A DNA stretch of 59,022 bases, counting the filler, from Ionaspis alba (lineage: Eukaryota): NCBI GenBank assembly GCA_964255285.1. It is 2 parts of 2 records of this genome, joined end to end, with 100 filler letters (N's around TTAATTAATTAA, not from the genome) between each part and the next. Parts side by side here need not be neighbours in the genome. Positions count along the whole stretch, not along the records: positions 29,584 to 59,022 come from CAXUUL010000123.1; 1 more part is not named here. One strand, given 5' to 3'. A model generated the notes under the pieces. The model was given only the letters and a program-made list of their open reading frames with translations. It did not search any database and was not told the origin of the DNA. The position numbers and the translations under genes are program-made. Each line of letters starts with the position of its first letter. Position 1 is the stretch's first letter. Below, in pieces: positions 52,605 through 59,022 of the stretch.

Positions 52605-53169
52605 AGGAAGAGAGAGTGGAGAACAGAGAATTTCTCGTCGGCGTTCGATACCCTTTATCTCTTTGTATGGATATATAAGACAGCATGAGGAGCAAAGCCG
52701 TCTTTCCGGCTGTCACCAGAAAATCTTCGCCGATACAGGTTTGAACAGTATCAGTGAACCCCCTGAAATGCCAAACGCTCGTGCTTGTCTAGCCTCAATG
52801 AAGAGGCGAAGGCTTCTAGTCCTGGTGGCTTCATTATTAACCTGCACAAAGCAAGCTTAAGCAAGTCACAGCGATTCCGAAAAAGCCACTGCACGTTGTT
52901 ATTCAATGCTGAGGACTCGAGCTAAACTGTGGTTATGGCGCCAGGTTGTGGTTAGGGATTGTGCATAATTTGGCGCACATTGATTGGCTCAAGCGCTCTT
53001 ACTGTGGCTAGAGAGAGCGGTTAAGGCTACGCTTGCACTCTCTAGGTATAGTGCTTCTGACCGCAGTGTTCCGACCAGGCGACCCCGCTAACGTCCGTTA
53101 TCATTACTATTATGGTCATTGATGCCTCACAGTACTCGAGGCGAGAAAGTGCTCATCTAGGACCTCAAC

Positions 53170-54466
53170 ATGCTACTTTCACAATGCTGCTACTTTAGTC
53201 TGTCTCTCTTATTATGGAGTCTAGGCGGAAGGGCAAGATCACCGGCTCAGACAGTGCTCGATGTCGAGCGTGATCAAAAGCCGTTTAATCGAACAGTTTC
53301 AAGAAAACTCTTTTACGAATTGGAAGAGCTGGCGCGCATAGTGGACGTGTCCTACTGCGTAGGAACTACAGGCATTCAGAAGCCGTTTCTCTGCGCGAGT
53401 CGATGTCAGGACTTCGAAGGGTTTGAATTGATCACCGTAAGTGCTCAATAGTGGATTCTTTTTCGAGGTTTGATTCTGACTATGTATGTTCAAGACATGG
53501 AACACAGGGCCTCTCCTCGCTGACTCCTGCGGCTACATCGCTGTTTCCCATCCACCATCTCCTCGACGAGTCATTGTTGCGTTCCGCGGAACGTATAGTA
53601 TTGCAAATACCATCATCGATCTGTCGACAGTGCCGCAAGAATATGTCCCGTATCCGGGCGACGATGATGACGAGTCAGAGAATGACACCATATTCGACCT
53701 GCTGAAGCGCCCTTTTCGTCGAGCTCGGCGAGCCGTGGAGGCCGAAGAGAAGAAGTGCGAAAATTGCACTGTCCATCTTGGGTTTATGACATCGTGGAGG
53801 CAGACTCGTAAGGAGATCATGCCTCACTTAGAGAAGGCCATGAAAGAATATCCAGACTACCAGCTGACGCTCGTCGGACATTCCCTTGGTGGAGCTGTAG
53901 CTGCGCTTGCCGCTCTAGACTTCAAAGCTAAGGGGTGGAAACCCAAGATCACCACATTTGGTGAACCAAGGATTGGAAACGAAGCCCTGATGCATTATAT
54001 TGATGACGCTTTCGTCCCAAAACACCCGAATGAGTCCAATAGTATGTACAGGCGAGTGACCCACGTGGATGATCCCGTGCCGCTACTTCCTTTGAAAGAA
54101 TGGGGCTTCGAGATGCATGCCGGAGAGGTATACATCTCCAAGGCGGCGCTTTCGCCAGCTGCAACCGATCTTCAACACTGCGAGGGTGACGAAGACCCAA
54201 GATGCATTGCTGGTGCCGGTGCCGATGCCTTGGTCACCGCCGAGGTCGATGAAGAGGGAGAAGAATGGTTGACGTACTCGAACTACACGGAGATATGGAA
54301 CCAAGGCAGCACTGTCTTGACGATCCCGGCTCGCTTCAAGCTGTGGCAGCTATTTTTCGCGCATAGAGATTACTTTTGGAGATTGGGCCTATGTCTTCCT
54401 GGTGGGGATCCTTGGGATTGGCATCGACATTATCCTCCACCTCCTGATGGATTTGATGGGTTGTGA
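53170..54466 (+). CDS. Secreted class 3 lipase (Lipase_3), 1 intron
   Basis: Signal peptide, IVAFRGT lid, VHLGF, nucleophile elbow GHSLGG, TFGEPRIGN, RVTHVDDPVPLLP and catalytic AHRDYF. Confidence 0.93.
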
Positions 54467-54658
54467 TGAAACCATGTACTCTACGCTCTTAGCGTATGGT
54501 GTTGGTGGACGATAATGCTCTGGACTTTTGGAATAGTCTTGTGCCTTTACGGAGGATCATGATCTTCTGATAGAACCAAACAAAAATATTGTGATTTCAT
54601 CTTGACGACAGAGATTTTATACGCTGTTGGCAAAGAGTAATTTGGAATATATAGACCT

Positions 54659-55007
54659 TTAGCGTAAGATGTTTTTTATCCCAGGATCCGAGTAGATTTC
54701 CAGTTGGCGCTGGCCCCTCCTGAGGACATACTCAATGGCCGAGAAATCCTTCTTGTCAATATGGACATTCTTTTTGAACTCATTCCTGTTTGCTTCAGCA
54801 TGACATCCAGCTGAGAATTTAGTAGTTTTCCAAGATACCTTGCATAGCTCTTGAAGTTCTCTTGAGCCTCCTGCATATAATTAGGGGACCATGACGTGTG
54901 GAATACGACAAACAGTATTGGTTAGATACCTGGGGCTTCTTTCGTGTCTCTCTGAGGCACTTTCGATATAGTGACAGCACGTCTCTCTGTAATCCCGACA
55001 ACCTCAT
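54659..55007 (-). CDS. SDH6: Succinate dehydrogenase assembly factor 1 (LYR protein), 2 introns; start adjacent to a gap
   Basis: MRLSGLQRDVLSLYRKCLR LYR motif, then EFKKNVHIDKKDFSAIEYVLRRGQRQLEIYSDPGIKNILR*. Confidence 0.9.
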
Positions 55008-55109
55008 ACNNNNNNNNNNNNNNNNNNNNNNNNNNNNNNNNNNNNNNNNNNNNNNNNNNNNNNNNNNNNNNNNNNNNNNNNNNNNNNNNNNNNNNNNNNN
55101 NNNNNNNNN

Positions 55110-56218
55110 TCCCCGCATTGTCACACTATCAATTGACCGATTGAGTTGTAGCGACTCGTCCGATTTCTGGCCAAAGACGGTCGAACGTACTACGGTGATG
55201 CGATTCTACCCGCAGGCGTCAGCGATATAGCGAAGATCACGCAGGCCAGAGTGATCAAAGGGGACATCTTCGGCAAGCACGATGTCACAGATCAAGTCGC
55301 AGTACAATACCTCTGCCGTCCGTCGTCCCAAACATTCAACTGACGAAGCCCCCTCTCCAGGAAGTCAAAACTCTCCTTGCCCCCCTCGCACCCCAAGACG
55401 TCCGCACAGTCCGCTGCCTCGGTCTAAACTACGCCGCCCACGCCAAAGAAGTCACGCCACCTTCTCCCCTTACCCTACCACCCCTACTAACCCTGATTCA
55501 CATAGTCTAAAATGCCCGAACCCGCCTACCCTGTCCTCTTCTACAAACCCGCAACTGCCCTCACCGGCCCAAGTTCACCCATTCCCATTCCCCGCATGGC
55601 GCAAGAAGCCCCCGGCCTCGACTATGAATGCGAGCTCGTCGCTGTAATCGGCACCCCCACACGCGACGTACCAGTTTCGCGGGCTCTCTCACACGTCCTC
55701 GGATACGCCGTCGGCAATGATGTCTCGCACCGTGAGTGGCAGATCAAGCGCGGAGGCGGGCAGTGGTCGCTGGGGAAAGGCTTTGATGGGTGGGCGCCGT
55801 TTGGGCCAGGGATTGTGACTGCGGAGGTGGTGGGAGATGTGGGGAGGTTGAGGATTGGGACAAGATTGAATGGCAAGGAGGTTCAAGGGAGTGGGACTGG
55901 GGATATGATTTTTGGGGTTGCAGAGACGGTGGCGTTTTTGAGTAGGGGGACGACGTTGATGCCGGGGGATTTGATATTTACGGGGACGTGAGTTATTCAT
56001 TTTGCTTTGGTCTTGCTGAAGGATTTGTTGGTGCGCGATTATGGGAACTTGCTGGCTGACGTTACTTTTGGTTGAATAGCCCGCAAGGAGTTGGAATGGG
56101 CCGAACGCCGCAGGTTTGGTTGAAGGATGGGGATGTGGTGGAGGTGAGTTTGGAAGGTGTGGGGACGTGTACTAATCGGGTAGAGTTCGAACAGGAGAAG
56201 ATCAAATCGAAGTTGTGA
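55110..56218 (+). CDS. Fumarylacetoacetate hydrolase family protein with C-terminal SKL; first exon probably in the gap
   Basis: RLVRFLAKDGRTYYGD, CLGLNYAAHAKE, PVLFYKP, DYECEL, GYAVGNDVSHR, GKGFD and DLIFTGT|PQGVG, ending EKIKSKL*. Confidence 0.92.
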
Positions 56219-56563
56219 GGTAAAGACCTAGTGCAATAAAGACAGTAATGTTGTGGCAATCTATGGAAAGAAAGAACAAATGCATGCCATAAAATTCCAT
56301 GTAGAGACCATCGCAGCCTTTTTTTGTCTCCACAACTGATGAGCATCTGCATGCTTAATCAACTCCAAGCAAAATACACACTGTCTCTCCATTCAAGGAA
56401 CATTCTATACCCGTTGGCTAAGCCTCCGACCAAGCCGTGCCCTGCTCATTCTTCTTGCGGGTTGGCGTTCCGCAGGGGACTCTAGACCACTTCTCCCAAC
56501 TGTAAGGATACCTTTCAGAGGAGCAGAAGGTCATGGCTCTCATTCGAAAGTCCGGGTGATTTC

Positions 56564-56972
56564 TCAGGGCCTCGATGCATGATTCATTATTGGAGCCCCA
56601 AGATCTTCCTCAAGAGTTCCCTGTGCAGACGGTGGCGAAGGAGGGGACGGCGGTCGCTCATCTGAAAGGTAAGTCGATCCTGCATCCCGAGGCTGACTCG
56701 ATGGAGCCTCTTCTCGTGTCGAGATTTCTCTGCCTCTTGTCTCTGGCAANNNNNNNNNNNNNNNNNNNNNNNNNNNNNNNNNNNNNNNNNNNNNNNNNNN
56801 NNNNNNNNNNNNNNNNNNNNNNNNNNNNNNNNNNNNNNNNNNNNNNNNNTTTGCGAGTAGAGAAGGTATTCTGCCTATTCGAATACCTCTGCCGCGCTGG
56901 GTCACAGTAACGGATTTCGATGCTTGTTCCTTGACAACCACAAGCCCAGACACCCTCTATTTGGTGGCACAT
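56564..56972 (-). CDS. Hypothetical small protein with Cys-rich N-terminus, interrupted by a gap
   Basis: ATG-started MCHQIEGVWACGCQGTSIEIRYCDPAR. The frame after the gap is uncertain. Confidence 0.3.
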
Positions 56973-57882
56973 GACTGTAATATCAACGCTTCTGATGGCT
57001 CAGGATACCACGGTACAGCTGTATTTTGAATACCCTGCCCTGTAGAAGTGTCAAGGCATGACAACTTTTGTGTCGGGGAGTTCAGCTCTGCTCACTCTGA
57101 AAAGCAGAACTGGGTTTCAAACGGCCGTCTGGTCGAGCTGAGTTCAAGGTTCTGCCAGGGGTCCTCAGAATGATAGAAGATTTGATTTTGGTGGTGGCCG
57201 TTGAGCACTCGATATGGAGGTTTGAGCTGTCGCTGATGAGTATTCGCGTTCAATTTTATGGGCGCCCAACGGCATCTTTATAGTAGTCATTGCGTAGAAG
57301 TCTGCAGATACGAAGTCCATGAATCTGTCTGTGTATTCGTAGTTGTGGGGACTTGAATTGAACGTGATGGTCAATATGAACGCACAGCAGGAAATTGTGA
57401 TGTTGTCGATTGTGATCTTTTCAGTCACGGAATCAATGAAGTACTGCTTGAAGTTGTTCCGCGTCCTTGAAAGGGGGACGAGCAGGGGCATTGTAGGAAG
57501 GCTTGACTCAGACGTTCTGAATCAGGTTATAAAAAAACGCCCGATTTCCCTTTGCCACAACTTCAATAAAGCATGAATATCAAAGTAATATCGAAGCAGG
57601 AACAAGGATTATTGACCTCACATCGGCACCAAGTGGACGTCCTCGAAGCGCGGCAAGTTCCTCCAGGTTGTGGGCAGGCTATTCCTGGCATGTATATAGG
57701 AAAGGCGAGTTGGGACAAAGGCGACTACCAATAACTCTCATTTCATAGAGATGAAGACGCCGTGGTCCAGAAATCGAAAACGTCTTCACGAACGACTTCT
57801 CGTTCAAAAGAACCATAAATTTTCAAGGAAGTCTTGGAACCACTGACTGTAATAGGTGATGAATACCCCAAACACTTGTCCT

Positions 57883-58810
57883 TCAAGCAGACCCAACAGC
57901 ATGTGCAAAAACCTTGGCCGCCAATTCACTCAGCAGCTTCGCCTTGTCCCCTTGCGGTAATTCCTGAAAATACGCATTAGCCTCTCCTCTCCTTCTCCCA
58001 CTCCCAGCAGCAATATTACTCACTTGAAAAACACTGTAAACACTCTTCCCCCTCGCATCCCTCACGGCCCCCAGCCTATTGCCCGCCACGGCCCCCGCAA
58101 TCGCACCCGGAAAATTCGCCACAATGAATCCCATCGCCCCACCGCTCAATCCTCCAACCATACTCCAAAACTTGCCGGTCGGATGCGCCTGCGCCCCCTC
58201 GGCCATTCCCTCCTCCCTGAGCATCTCCTCAAACACGCCTCCGAATTGCTCATTGCTGAACGTTTCTTCCTCGGCAGGGTTCTTGGCGCCGAATCCGAAG
58301 GCGGACCAGGGGAATCCTCCACCAGCACTGCTGGGTGGGGCCCGGGGTATTTCTTCCTCGTCGGGATCGGGCGCGGAGGAGGTCGAGGAGTAGGTGTGGT
58401 AGGAGCGAGCCGTGTCGTAATCGCGCCGGCGGGTAGGGTCAGAGAGGGTGTAGTAAGCGTCATTTATTTGCTGGAATTTCTTGGTGCGGGCAGGACGTTC
58501 GGGGGAATCGGAAGGGACACGGTCGGGGTGGGATTTTAGAGCTTGTCTGCGACGGACCGTGGTGGTTAGAGAGGTCTTGGTATGGAGACGATGAAATGGG
58601 AGAGAAAAGCACACTTCTTGTATGCATCGCGAATTTGTTGCGCGGTTGCGTGGGAGGAGATTTCGAGGATGGCGTCTGGGACGGGTTAGCTGCGATGGAG
58701 GATTGAGGAACGGGTGTGCGGACAGTAGTCTGGCAGAGAATCTGTGTAGTACCGTGTCAGTTTTTCATTCTCTGCGAGCAGGCTGAGAGTCGATGCTACT
58801 CACCAGACAT
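57883..58810 (-). CDS. DnaJ/Hsp40 J-domain protein with Gly-zipper hydrophobic C-terminus, 4 introns including microexons
   Basis: Spliced N-terminus MSDSLPDYYAILEISSHATAQQIRDAYKKQALKSHPDR (HPD motif), FQQINDAYYTLSD, GGAMGFIVANFPGAIAGAVAGNRLGAVRD. Confidence 0.92.
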
Positions 58811-59022
58811 TATTAGGAGTTGTTGCGGCGCAAGGCCGATATGAGAATAAACTGTGAAAGTTCAAGCTCAGGCAGTGCGCCGGTACAAGTGTCTCTCGAA
58901 GTCTACACGAATAACAATACCACGGTTCACGATAGGTAGATCTAGTCAGTGAAGTAAGGCATGTAGTTTGGAGCAATTGAACACGGAGACCACCTTCGAA
59001 GCCTGATAACGGGAGGAATGAC

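Noticed and set aside
58024..58539. 171-aa plus-strand ORF
   Set aside because: Antisense to DnaJ; explained by the skewed composition.

Overview
Gene-dense window from a filamentous ascomycete (Pezizomycotina) draft scaffold. Short GT..AG introns with CTRAC/CTRAY branch points occur throughout, and there are eight 100-nt N gaps. About 21 intron-containing genes can be recognised: the divergent ATP-citrate lyase pair (ACL1/ACL2), DNA polymerase delta subunit 4, an MFS transporter, the PP2A catalytic subunit, PI31, a ZfpA-like C2H2 factor, a Yvc1-like TRP channel, an UstYa/DUF3328 oxidase, ADE16/17, INSIG, IES1, DED1, cyclophilin B, mitochondrial S13, YTM1, an Avt3/4 transporter, a Vhc1-like cation-chloride cotransporter, a class 3 lipase, SDH6, an FAH-family hydrolase and a DnaJ protein. 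Four features stand out. (i) The first ~1.3 kb is a non-genic element with 12 (T)TACCCGG motifs and a perfect 14-bp hairpin. (ii) The cyclophilin B gene has a splice donor inside its GIHAEL* tail that can swap the ER-retention signal for a transmembrane anchor. (iii) The DUF3328 RiPP-type oxidase has no visible precursor and sits between two assembly gaps. (iv) Several genes switch sharply from C-rich to G-rich along the sense strand. No rRNA, tRNA or CRISPR array was seen. Gene names come from recognising motifs by eye, not from database searches. Exon boundaries were read manually and are approximate.
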